Below, piece by piece: positions 1-9,294 of a stretch of 64,000 nt of DNA. Origin of the DNA: Cyanophyceae cyanobacterium (GTDB lineage: Bacteria; Cyanobacteriota; Cyanobacteriia; Cyanobacteriales; Laspinemataceae); contig JBBQFN010000001.1 of assembly GCA_038321985.1 (NCBI GenBank), positions 64,001-128,000 of the forward strand, written 5' to 3'. Below the pieces are notes generated by a model, which worked only from the letters and a program-made list of their open reading frames with translations, was not told the DNA's origin and made no database searches. The position numbers and the translations under genes are program-made. How positions within the stretch are numbered: the first letter of the stretch is position 1; each line of letters begins with the position of its first letter.

Positions 1-1
1 G

Positions 2-352
2 AATCTCACTTTTGGTACCTGGGGTGCCTGGATGTTCACAAACTCCACTGTTTCCGATGCCTCCGCCACTACCACCACCTACCTTTTTTCCCTAGGTTAT
101 TCCGACCCCTTCGGCAGACCCGGAGATTTGCTCGCCTTACTCGTCGGTCAACCCCCTAAATTAGTAGATGGCACGGATTTATTACTAGGGGAAGACCCGG
201 ATACCTCCCTGCATTTTGAAACCTTTTATCGCTGGCGAGTCAGCGATCGTATTTCTATTACCCCCGGCGTCATGTTCATCACCAATCCCGAACATAATGC
301 TGATAATGAAGATATTTTTATCGGCACCATTCGTACCACTTTTCGCTTTTAG
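2..352 (+). CDS. Carbohydrate-selective/iron-uptake porin (OprB/SomA-like), C-terminal part only; gene begins before the window
   Basis: Frame open from position 2; SLHFETFYRWRVSDRISITPG...NPEHN...GTIRTTFRF C-terminus typical of cyanobacterial SLH-porins, with terminal Phe. Confidence 0.85.
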   Translation, partial: NLTFGTWGAWMFTNSTVSDASATTTTYLFSLGYSDPFGRPGDLLALLVGQPPKLVDGTDLLLGEDPDTSLHFETFYRWRVSDRISITPGVMFITNPEHNADNEDIFIGTIRTTFRF

Positions 353-365
353 GAGGCTCCTAACC

Positions 366-767
366 ATGTCTAAATCCGTTTCAAAATTAATCATCTCCCT
401 AACTCTATTCCCCCTCCTGGTGGGCATCCTTTCATCCGCGAGGGTTATCTCCCAAGAAACCCAACCCTGTCTAGTCGAAGCTAGACCCGGAACCAGTCCT
501 GTCCCCGCTTGTCCCCCCAGACTCCGAACCCCCATTCAACCCACTTTTTCGGAAGAGGAAAGACGCGGATTTCAACAGCGCGGATTTGATAATTTTTTAC
601 TGGATGCTCTCAATGGGAATAGTGACCCGATCGGCGGCGGAACGATTGGTGGAGGCGTGGAAAGTGATGCCGGACTTGTCCCGATTTCTCCTGAATCTCG
701 GGGGATTGGGCCGACTTTTGACCCTACCGATGTGATTATTCCCCGGGGTGGGGTGAGGGGTCGATGA
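366..767 (+). CDS. Hypothetical secreted Gly/Pro-rich protein (~133 aa)
   Basis: ATG at 366 preceded by AGGAGG (351-356); signal-peptide-like MSKSVSKLIISLTLFPLLVGILSSARVISQE; the longer 216 start overlaps the porin. Confidence 0.6.
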   Translation: MSKSVSKLIISLTLFPLLVGILSSARVISQETQPCLVEARPGTSPVPACPPRLRTPIQPTFSEEERRGFQQRGFDNFLLDALNGNSDPIGGGTIGGGVESDAGLVPISPESRGIGPTFDPTDVIIPRGGVRGR

Positions 768-851
768 AATTGTTAACCACAGATTTCACGGATTTTCACA
801 AAAATTTATAGATTTTGCTTTAAAAAAAGAAAATACTATTGACAAGGGGGA

Positions 852-946
852 TTGACTCTGATAAATTTATATTTATAATGGGAGGCTTTGCCTAAATATT
901 ATTAGCGTCAACATCCCATTATGAATATGATATGGCATCAAGTCAA
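852..946. promoter_or_regulatory. Long imperfect inverted repeat comprising two face-to-face sigma70-like promoters
   Basis: + strand TTGACT(852-857)-N16-TATAAT(874-879); - strand TTGACT(946-941)-N17-CATAAT; arms pair, e.g. ATAATGGGA/TCCCATTAT. Confidence 0.45.
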
Positions 947-1057
947 GAAATGCAATACCCCAACTGGTATTTTTTGGCGGCGCGTTCCAGTCGATGTGAG
1001 GATGAAGGGACCGCTTCTACCTGGTGAGACCTTCATCCAGAGAATCATCAATTTTTT

Positions 1058-2569
1058 CTATCCCAAAAACAAAGTATAAGCGGGATTTTTGTTTTCATCC
1101 CAATAGCGATATCCGAGATTATCGAGAAATGCTTGCCATTGCTGCATTTCTTCGGGCGGGACTTGCATTCCCACGACAATGCGCCCGTAGTCGGACCCGT
1201 TATTGCGATAATGGAACAAGCTGATATTCCAGTTGCGACTCATGTGACCCACGAACTTCATTAGGGCACCGGGTCGTTCGGGAAATTCAAAGCGGTAGAG
1301 TAATTCATTATGGGCAAGGGGGGAATGTCCTCCGACCATGTGCCGCAGATGTAACTTAGTGAGTTCGTCATCGGTAAGGTCGAGGGTTTTGAACCCATTG
1401 TCCTCAAAAGTTTCTACCATATTGGCGGCATCGGCGCGGTTGGTAATTTGCATTCCGACAAAAATATGAGCTTCTTTTTGGTCAGCAATGCGATAGTTAA
1501 ATTCGGTGAGATTCCGTCTACCGATACAGTCTCCAAACTTGCGGAGACTTCCAGGTTCTTCGGGAATGGTAACGGCAAAGATTGCTTCGCGACGTTCCCC
1601 AAATTCGGCACGTTCGGCAACAAATCGGAGGCGATCGAAGTTCATATTGGCACCGCAGGCGATCGCAATTAAGGTTTCGCCTTGGATGCCTTCTCGTTCG
1701 ACATACGCTTTTGCACCTGCGATCGCCAAGGCACCTGCGGGTTCTACAATTGATCGTGTATCTTCAAACACATCTTTAATCGCCGCACAAGTATCATCGG
1801 TGCCGACGAGGATAATATCATCGACATATTGTTGACACAAGCGGAATGTTTCTTCCCCTACTTCGCGAACCGCTACCCCATCGGCAAATAACCCCACTTG
1901 AGATAAGCGCACTCGATGTCCCGCTTGGAGGGATTGGGACATCGCATCAGCATCCACAGGTTCAACTCCGATAATCTTAATTTCTGGACGTAAGCGCTTA
2001 ACATAGGCGGCAATTCCCGAAATCAAACCACCCCCCCCGATCGCCACAAAAATCGCATGAATTGGTTTTTGATGTTGCCGTAAAATTTCCATCCCAATCG
2101 TTCCCTGTCCAGCAATTACATGGGGGTCATCAAAGGGATGAATAAAGGTTAAGCCTTTTTCTGCCTCCAATTCCCGGGCGTAGGCATAGGCATCATCATA
2201 AGTATCCCCATACAACACCACTTCCCCCCCACGTGCTTTTACCGCATCCACCTTGACTTGTGGCGTCGTCACTGGCATTACGATAATGGCACGGGTGCCC
2301 AGGCGCGACGCACCCAAAGCGACTCCTTGGGCGTGGTTTCCCGCAGAGGCAGCAATCACCCCCTGTGCCAACAGTTCCGGCGGCAGTTGCGCCATTTTGT
2401 TGTATGCGCCTCGCAACTTAAACGAAAACACGGACTGCATATCTTCCCGTTTGAGGAGGAGTTGATTATTCAGTCGTACCGACAGATTAGGAGCATACTC
2501 TAGGGGCGTTTCTTGGGCAACATCGTAGACACGGGCGGTCAGGATTTGGACCAGGTAATCGCAATACAT
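1058..2569 (-). CDS. ilvA: Threonine ammonia-lyase (dehydratase), biosynthetic
   Basis: KREDMQSVFSFKLRGAYN PLP-lysine motif, ASAGNHAQG, C-terminal regulatory repeats (FEFPERPGALMKF). Confidence 0.97.
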   Translation of the reverse strand: MYCDYLVQILTARVYDVAQETPLEYAPNLSVRLNNQLLLKREDMQSVFSFKLRGAYNKMAQLPPELLAQGVIAASAGNHAQGVALGASRLGTRAIIVMPVTTPQVKVDAVKARGGEVVLYGDTYDDAYAYARELEAEKGLTFIHPFDDPHVIAGQGTIGMEILRQHQKPIHAIFVAIGGGGLISGIAAYVKRLRPEIKIIGVEPVDADAMSQSLQAGHRVRLSQVGLFADGVAVREVGEETFRLCQQYVDDIILVGTDDTCAAIKDVFEDTRSIVEPAGALAIAGAKAYVEREGIQGETLIAIACGANMNFDRLRFVAERAEFGERREAIFAVTIPEEPGSLRKFGDCIGRRNLTEFNYRIADQKEAHIFVGMQITNRADAANMVETFEDNGFKTLDLTDDELTKLHLRHMVGGHSPLAHNELLYRFEFPERPGALMKFVGHMSRNWNISLFHYRNNGSDYGRIVVGMQVPPEEMQQWQAFLDNLGYRYWDENKNPAYTLFLG

Positions 2570-2851
2570 GGGGTCAGGGGGTTGGTAAAAACGGGATAAT
2601 CTTTTATCATACGCTAAAAAACTGACCCCTCTCTAATCTCTGAGCAAAATTGCTAGTTTGTAAAACTGCGAGTGAGGGTAGTCGGTTTAGGGCTAGTGGA
2701 TCCCACTCGGGAAACAAGCCAAAAAAGCCCCTAAAACTAGGGTACAAATATTCTGTGTCTCCTAAGATTAAGTTTCTCTAAAGAAACCCGCCATTTTATA
2801 GGGGAAAAGCTATGATTGCAGACAACCTTTTTTATGGTGAGGATTCCGAAT

Positions 2852-4129
2852 GTGGACAAGTCCATTATTCAGTTAGTTGACGAGCTACCCACTGATAACA
2901 TTACGGTAAAAGTGCTAAAAGCATTGGATTATTTGATGCCCAGTCAGTGGGATAATATAGTTGGTTTTGACAATAGTATCCGATCCATTACCGGAGAAAA
3001 TGACGCCCAGGTTATACAGAAGGTTCGCGATCGGGCTGTTGTTTTGTATCAAGACCCGAAGCAAGGCTATCAAACCGCTATCAAACTGTATCAGACCGTT
3101 GATCGCGCTGATGCAGCTTTAGCAACGGCAGCTTTAGCCAATAAGGTGGGAGAAAAAATCAGTTTTCTGTCATTTTTAAATAAAATGACGCCGAAAGCAG
3201 ATACGACACAAACCATTGATTTATTGCTGAAAGTTGTTGTAGAACTGATTGCGTATTGCAAACTAAATGGGTTGCCGAATCCCAATCCTCAACAATTTGC
3301 TGCTGCCTTGGCGAATAACTATCAAGATGCGGCTTTGATGCGGATGATGGCATTAGTCTGCATTGATGGAGTGTTGCCGTTAGGTCCCAATTTTCTGGGA
3401 AAAATTCACGAAGTGATGACCGGGGATGAAGCGAATATCATCTCGGGTAACCCTGTTTTTGTAGCCATTAATAACTTTATTCCAGGGAATAGTACCTCGG
3501 ATAAAGTCGGATTTATTAATCAGGGGTTTGAGGCAGTGGAAGGCTGGATGAATAACCTAGTCGCGAAAACAGGTGTTACCCCTCAATCGATTGTTCAGAG
3601 TCTGGGAAATTTTATCCAAATTGCTGATGATAATTTAGACTTTGTGGCGGTGTTTTTAGACCAAACCACCAATTACTACGAACATACGGGCATTCAGACG
3701 GTAGCGCGTAAAGTGATTTTAGAGGCTCATAGTTCACTGAAATCAGAGCAACCCATCCCAGTAAACCCCGTAGGGCAAATTAGCGGTTATGCCGTGAATC
3801 AAACCGTAGAAGTTTGGGATGAAGACGAAGAAGATTGGTATGAAGCAACTATCCTCAAAACTAAGGAGAATGAATACTTCGTTCACTATGTCGGGTATGG
3901 TTCCTCTGAGGACGACTGGGTAGATGGAGAAGACGTGCTCGATCGCAATTATTCGCCATCGGATGATTATAAATATGCCGTCGGTCAAAAGGTGAAAATT
4001 TGGGATGATGAAGAGGAGAAATGGTACACCGCCACTATCCAAGAAGTTAAGCGCAAGAAATCTTTCGTGCATTATCTGGATTACGATTCTTCTTATGATG
4101 AGTGGGTAGATAATGATGAAATCAGTTAA
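2852..4129 (+). CDS. Uncharacterised helical N-terminal domain fused to two C-terminal Tudor-knot/Agenet-like domains
   Basis: GTG start at 2852 after GAGGA; two repeats V.VWD...E.WY.ATI......[YF]VHY..Y.SS.D[DE]WV. Confidence 0.75.
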   Translation: MDKSIIQLVDELPTDNITVKVLKALDYLMPSQWDNIVGFDNSIRSITGENDAQVIQKVRDRAVVLYQDPKQGYQTAIKLYQTVDRADAALATAALANKVGEKISFLSFLNKMTPKADTTQTIDLLLKVVVELIAYCKLNGLPNPNPQQFAAALANNYQDAALMRMMALVCIDGVLPLGPNFLGKIHEVMTGDEANIISGNPVFVAINNFIPGNSTSDKVGFINQGFEAVEGWMNNLVAKTGVTPQSIVQSLGNFIQIADDNLDFVAVFLDQTTNYYEHTGIQTVARKVILEAHSSLKSEQPIPVNPVGQISGYAVNQTVEVWDEDEEDWYEATILKTKENEYFVHYVGYGSSEDDWVDGEDVLDRNYSPSDDYKYAVGQKVKIWDDEEEKWYTATIQEVKRKKSFVHYLDYDSSYDEWVDNDEIS

Positions 4130-4370
4130 AAGATTGCGAGGATTAACGACCCGTTTATCTTGCTTCAGTCCTCTCTCTTGACGGATGCCATTATCTCTGG
4201 GATAATTGTAAGTGATCGCTCCTTTTGAGACAAAGGGGCGATCTCGCTCACGACCAACGAATCTGGATTCGGTAAAACTGATAATTGAGCGTGACTATTT
4301 TCTCTAGCTAGAGGGAATGGTCTATTAGAACTATCCAGATCCCCCGAAAACAGGAAAAAAGGTGAGTTTG

Positions 4371-5147
4371 ATGGTACAGTCATTCAATTATTCTTCCGAT
4401 AAAAAGTTACCCTTATTAAACAAACTACCTGAACCACTCAAAACCTTAATTAATAAAATTAGGCAGGAGCATTACTCAGAACTTTATGAATCAGAAGCCG
4501 ATGGAACAGCCGCTCTAGACGACGCATTGATCGAAATTTTAGAGGTATTTGAAAATAGCGGAAAGACATTATGCCACCTTCGGTATGTGTGGCTATCCTT
4601 GATTTTCGCCTTAGTAGTAGAACCCACAGTACAATCTTACCAACCTACCAATATTTTTACGAAATCAACTCTTGAATTGCTGGAATGCTGGATATTCTCT
4701 CAAATTGATTCAGACCTAGCAGCCCAAAAATCCCCCCTTGAATTACAACAAGAAATTAAACGCTTAGAAACTATTCTTTCGGAACCCGTTGATACCATCA
4801 AAAATGGAGAAATAGCCAATCTACAAATTATTTCTGAATCGAGAGATGTCTTTAAAAACGTCATTCGAGTTTTAGATCGTGACCAATCGAAAGAAGCCAC
4901 GTTAGAAATTTTAAAGGATTGTTTAGAAGGATATGCAATTTTTCCAGGTTCTTCGGGACGACGTGGTTTATTTGATTGGTGGTTATTAGAAGTAGTTCCA
5001 GCCAGTTGGTATTTATTATCTCCCCGTTCGCTTTATGTAGGAGAAGGCGTAGGAAATCAAGAAGAATTTCAGTTAGAGCGCATCAAAAAACTTCAAGAAA
5101 TCAGCAGTAAAGTGAGGTCTATTTTTACTAAAAATTCCAGTACATAG
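4371..5147 (+). CDS. Hypothetical protein, C-terminal motif reminiscent of Imm5-like immunity proteins
   Basis: AT-rich ORF; GRRGLFDWWLLEVVPASW motif; start could be GTG 4362 or ATG 4371. Confidence 0.6.
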   Translation: MVQSFNYSSDKKLPLLNKLPEPLKTLINKIRQEHYSELYESEADGTAALDDALIEILEVFENSGKTLCHLRYVWLSLIFALVVEPTVQSYQPTNIFTKSTLELLECWIFSQIDSDLAAQKSPLELQQEIKRLETILSEPVDTIKNGEIANLQIISESRDVFKNVIRVLDRDQSKEATLEILKDCLEGYAIFPGSSGRRGLFDWWLLEVVPASWYLLSPRSLYVGEGVGNQEEFQLERIKKLQEISSKVRSIFTKNSST

Positions 5148-5242
5148 AATTTAGGAATATAGATTTATTGAAAATCAGGAGTATTCAGGCGATCGCGCTA
5201 TTGTAAGATAGACCCGATTCAACTCATTGACCACCTGTGACT

Positions 5243-6214
5243 ATGCCAACCAATCTCTCTCTTCCAATTATGGGCTGCGGTACTTGGGCTTGGGGTAACC
5301 GGCTATTATGGGGATATGAACCCAGTATGGATGCGGAATTACAAGCGGTGTTTAATCTTTGTGTCGAAAATGGTGTGACGTTATTCGATACCGGGGATTC
5401 CTATGGAACTGGCAAGCTGAATGGACGGAGTGAGACACTTTTGGGGCGCTTTTCTCAGGAGTATCAGGGAGTCAATGCAGACAAAATTTGTATAGCGACT
5501 AAGTTAGCGCCTTATCCTTGGCGGTTGACGCGCCAGTCAATGGTATCGGCAGGGGAAGCATCGGCGCAGCGGTTGGGACGGCTGGATTTGGTGCAGATGC
5601 ATTGGTCTACGGCGAATTATGCGCCTTGGCAGGAGTGGTCGTTGTTGGATGGGTTGGCGGATTTATACGATCGCGGGTTAGTGAAGGGAGTCGGTTTATC
5701 CAATTACGGTCCCAAGCGTCTGGAACGGGTTTATCAAAAGTTTAGCGATCGCGGAGTTCCCATTGTCACCCTGCAAGTTCAATACTCTCTGTTATCTACC
5801 TATCCTGTGACGACGTTGGGGTTAAAAGAAGTCTGCGATCGCCTGGGAATTCAACTGATTGCTTACAGTCCCCTGGCGTTAGGATTGCTCACGGGAAAAT
5901 ACTCAGAAAAGGGTCCATTTCCTCCGGGGATTCGTGGGTTGCTGTTTCGGAATATTTTACCCAAAATTCAGCCCTTGTTAGACTGTTTGGGAGCAATTGC
6001 CTCAAACCGAAATAAAACCATGTCCCAGGTTGCTATCAATTGGTGCATCTGCAAAGGGATGATTCCCATTCCCGGTGCAAAAAGTGTGAAACAGGCTCAA
6101 CAAAATCTCGGTGCCCTGGGTTGGAGTTTAGATGCGGGGGAAATAGAAGAACTGGATAAAGTAGCGGCAAATTCCAAGAAAACAATGGTGCAAAATAACT
6201 TTCAAACTACTTAA
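5243..6214 (+). CDS. Aldo/keto reductase (pyridoxal reductase-like)
   Basis: GCGTWAWG, LFDTGDSYG, IATK, GVGLSNY, QVQYSLL, IAYSPLALGLLTGKY, IPIPGAK motifs. Confidence 0.92.
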   Translation: MPTNLSLPIMGCGTWAWGNRLLWGYEPSMDAELQAVFNLCVENGVTLFDTGDSYGTGKLNGRSETLLGRFSQEYQGVNADKICIATKLAPYPWRLTRQSMVSAGEASAQRLGRLDLVQMHWSTANYAPWQEWSLLDGLADLYDRGLVKGVGLSNYGPKRLERVYQKFSDRGVPIVTLQVQYSLLSTYPVTTLGLKEVCDRLGIQLIAYSPLALGLLTGKYSEKGPFPPGIRGLLFRNILPKIQPLLDCLGAIASNRNKTMSQVAINWCICKGMIPIPGAKSVKQAQQNLGALGWSLDAGEIEELDKVAANSKKTMVQNNFQTT

Positions 6215-6342
6215 AATAGCCTGAGTTTGTTGGATACTTTCCAAAAATAATTCTTGTCCCTGCCGGTAATTTTCTCCCCACAGTAGATTTATCTTTAATA
6301 GAAAATCAAAGTATCACATTTAGAGGATTTTGTCCAGTCATT

Positions 6343-7650
6343 TTACAGTAATTTTAGTTGCACTGAGGCATCATCGATCGCCTCCCTCTGTTCCCTATCT
6401 TCAGCATTTGAGGAAAAGTGCCACATCTGCTCATCTCCGGCCAATAAACCCTCTGCTGCTTCTAGCAAATCGGTTTTGATATCCTCTAAGCCTTCTCGAT
6501 TGTCTAAATAGGTTTGTAGCGCACTCAGGGGATCAATTCCAGCCCCAGCATTCAGTTCGGGAACTCGGGGTCGGGCAAGTTGGCTGACGAGTTCGGCTTG
6601 AATGGTGTAGTTATGTGCGTCGCTTAAGGCTTGATGAATGGTGGTGTTATCAATTAAATCAATTTGGTGCGATCGCAATTGATAAATCAGTCTCACAACT
6701 GCATCCTTAATCTCCTGTTTGCCGACTGCCTTTAAAATCTGCTCTTGGGGATTCTCCGCCTCTGATACATCCACTTTAATGGTCTTAAAAGCTCGCACAA
6801 CCAACGGGCAGAATTCCCACTTGGCTTGTCCCCGTTCTAATTCCACCATTACATAGCCTTTATCTTCCTTCTGCTCACTAAAATCAACCCGTTCAATACT
6901 CCCGGGATAAACCACTGGCGGATTGTTCGTGGGATTCAAGTTCTGGTGGCGGTGAACATGACCCAATGCTACATAATCAAACTCGGAGCGAATTAACAGG
7001 GAAATCGGAATCGTAAACCCCTTCCCGACAGCCAAAAACCGTTCCGCCCCTAATTCCGCGCGATCGGCCATCAAATGTGCCAGCAGGACCGTTGGCACCG
7101 TGTCGTCCAGTTTGCGGACTTCCCCTTCTAAAACGACTCGCAAACGGTCAATTAATAACTGATTCACATCCGAGAGCGAAATTCCCTCGGTTTGCGATCG
7201 CGTCATTAGGGTAGAACGAGTAATCCAAGGCAAGGTAATAATCTGCACTGGACCCTTGGCAGTTTCTAGGCGATGAGTCGTGAGGCTATCACCGACAATA
7301 AACCCCGGGACTCCCAAAGTGCGATAAATGGATAAACTTGCTCCCCCTTGTCCTTGGGAATGTTGATCATGGTTGCCGACGAGCAAAACTGTGGGGATAT
7401 TTGCCTCGACTAACCGATGAAATTGACGCGCAAACGCTTCCTGGACAAACGGAGGTGGTGTGGAATCGGGAAAGGCATCCCCGCCAAACAAAACTAAATC
7501 CACGGGTTCTGCAATGGCGCGATCGATACAGCGACTCAAGGTGCTGACAAAATCTTCTAATCGCGTATTCAAGCCCGTGGCTGGATTGATCCGTCCGTGG
7601 GAAAACCCACTGCCGATATGGATATCTGAAAGATGCAGAATTTTAATCAT
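6343..7650 (-). CDS. sbcD: Nuclease SbcCD subunit D (Mre11-like phosphoesterase)
   Basis: ILHLSDIH, FGGDAF, VGNHD, ALGHVH, YPGSIERVDFSE motifs. Confidence 0.95.
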   Translation of the reverse strand: MIKILHLSDIHIGSGFSHGRINPATGLNTRLEDFVSTLSRCIDRAIAEPVDLVLFGGDAFPDSTPPPFVQEAFARQFHRLVEANIPTVLLVGNHDQHSQGQGGASLSIYRTLGVPGFIVGDSLTTHRLETAKGPVQIITLPWITRSTLMTRSQTEGISLSDVNQLLIDRLRVVLEGEVRKLDDTVPTVLLAHLMADRAELGAERFLAVGKGFTIPISLLIRSEFDYVALGHVHRHQNLNPTNNPPVVYPGSIERVDFSEQKEDKGYVMVELERGQAKWEFCPLVVRAFKTIKVDVSEAENPQEQILKAVGKQEIKDAVVRLIYQLRSHQIDLIDNTTIHQALSDAHNYTIQAELVSQLARPRVPELNAGAGIDPLSALQTYLDNREGLEDIKTDLLEAAEGLLAGDEQMWHFSSNAEDREQREAIDDASVQLKLL

Positions 7651-7766
7651 GGGTTGTTATTAGTCCTTTGTCCTTTGTCTATTGTGCTTTGTTTCTTCTG
7701 ACTTGCACAAACTGGCGAGATCGCCTTGCTAATAAACCCGAGGACAAAAGACTATATAACTTCCCT

Positions 7767-8528
7767 TTAGATATGAATGCCGCATTCGCTTTTAGCCGAA
7801 CCCCGCCAGCGTCCAGCGCGTTCATGTTCCCCTGTACCCACTGGAGTCGTGAGGGGTTCATCCCCAATGCTGCCATACCCTTGATCATGGAGGGTATTGT
7901 ATGGGACACCATGTTGCATGATGTAACCCCAGGTTTCTTTGCGGGTCCAATTTGCTAGGGGATTGACTTTGATGCGTCCGTCGTTATCCCGTTCAAAGAT
8001 GGGCATTTGGGCGCGAGAGCTAGATTGGTCCCGACGGCGTCCGGTGATCCAGGCGACGACATTGAGTTCTTCCAAGCCTCGTTTCAACGGTTCCACTTTC
8101 GTGAGATAGTGGAATTCTTCGACGTTGCTGTGCCATAAAGCAGTACCGTACTGTTGGGCAAACTCTTGGCGATCGCTGGCCTCGGAATTTTTGTAGATAT
8201 GCAAATCTAAGTTGTAATGCTGCTTAGAGCGTTCTACCAGTTCGAGGGTCTCGGCAAAGTGGTGCAAAGTGTCCAGAAACAGCACAGGCACCGGGGGATT
8301 GGATTTCAATTCACGGTAGAGGAGGTCCATGACAACCATGCCGCTGGCTCCAAATGCCGTGCTTTGCACAAGCCCTGTGGGAAAATTGTTGATGCACCAA
8401 GCCAGAATCTCCTGGGGATGGGATGACTCAAATCGTTGGTTGAGTTCATCTAGGTCGAGACTGGTGGTGGATTTAGTGCGTGCCTGTACTGAGTTGACCA
8501 TGCTCGTTTCTTTACTGTAATCAGTCAT
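7767..8528 (-). CDS. cysH: Phosphoadenosine phosphosulfate (PAPS) reductase
   Basis: STAFG, FLDTLHHFAET, KVEPL, WITGRRRDQ, YGSIGD, RAGRW, C-terminal ECGIH; lacks the CC/CxxC Fe-S ligands of APS-type enzymes. Confidence 0.95.
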   Translation of the reverse strand: MTDYSKETSMVNSVQARTKSTTSLDLDELNQRFESSHPQEILAWCINNFPTGLVQSTAFGASGMVVMDLLYRELKSNPPVPVLFLDTLHHFAETLELVERSKQHYNLDLHIYKNSEASDRQEFAQQYGTALWHSNVEEFHYLTKVEPLKRGLEELNVVAWITGRRRDQSSSRAQMPIFERDNDGRIKVNPLANWTRKETWGYIMQHGVPYNTLHDQGYGSIGDEPLTTPVGTGEHERAGRWRGSAKSECGIHI

Positions 8529-8899
8529 TTAAGGGTTTCCAAAATCAATCATACCTTAAAACACCCGTAACTTGGTCGGGAATAAGTATTTTATTTCTTA
8601 AGGAGGAGTTTAGCGGTGTACTTGCTTCTTTCTAAGGGCTGAAAATCCCTACTCCAAAAGCCTTACATTACTTGGTAAAGTTTTGTAAAGTTCCCGAGAA
8701 GAATAGAAGGGATGCCCTCAAATGTGCCTCCTTAACCCAGGGATGTCTATGGGGTACCTTCCGATTAAGACGTGAGTATTTAGGCTTAAGTGCCACAAAA
8801 ATTATACCCCAATTGGAGGAGATCGCCGCATCCACTCCAGTGATGATTAATGCTTGCTTTCCCATAAAATAAACCCAGTTGGGGTCTGGAGTAAATAGA

Positions 8900-9196
8900 A
8901 TGCGATTGATTTTGTACGGAAAACCTGATTGCCACCTCTGCGAGGGATTGCAAGAAAAACTAGAGCAGATTCGGGACTTAAACTTTCAGCTAGAGGTGCG
9001 CGACATTACCACCCAAGCGGATTGGTTCGCCGCCTATGAGTATGAAATCCCCGTTCTGTGTCGCGTGATTACCCCGGACCCCGACTCGGAAATTCCCCTG
9101 AAAGAAGAACCCCTGCCAAGGCCCTCTCCTCGGGCCTCGGTGCAGCAAGTGCAGCAAATGTTACAGCAATACTTTCCGAAAAATGATTCACAATAG
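8900..9196 (+). CDS. Glutaredoxin-like protein (DUF836 family)
   Basis: LYGKPDCHLCEGL, VRDIT, YEYEIPVL; ATG at 8900. Confidence 0.88.
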   Translation: MRLILYGKPDCHLCEGLQEKLEQIRDLNFQLEVRDITTQADWFAAYEYEIPVLCRVITPDPDSEIPLKEEPLPRPSPRASVQQVQQMLQQYFPKNDSQ

Positions 9197-9294
9197 GCGA
9201 AAAATAATGCAAGACGAGAGGGAACGAGGGGTCTACTCTGTTCTCTTCTCCCTTGAATGAACGATCGCCCAACTGCCTGTGAGGAATTAAAACG

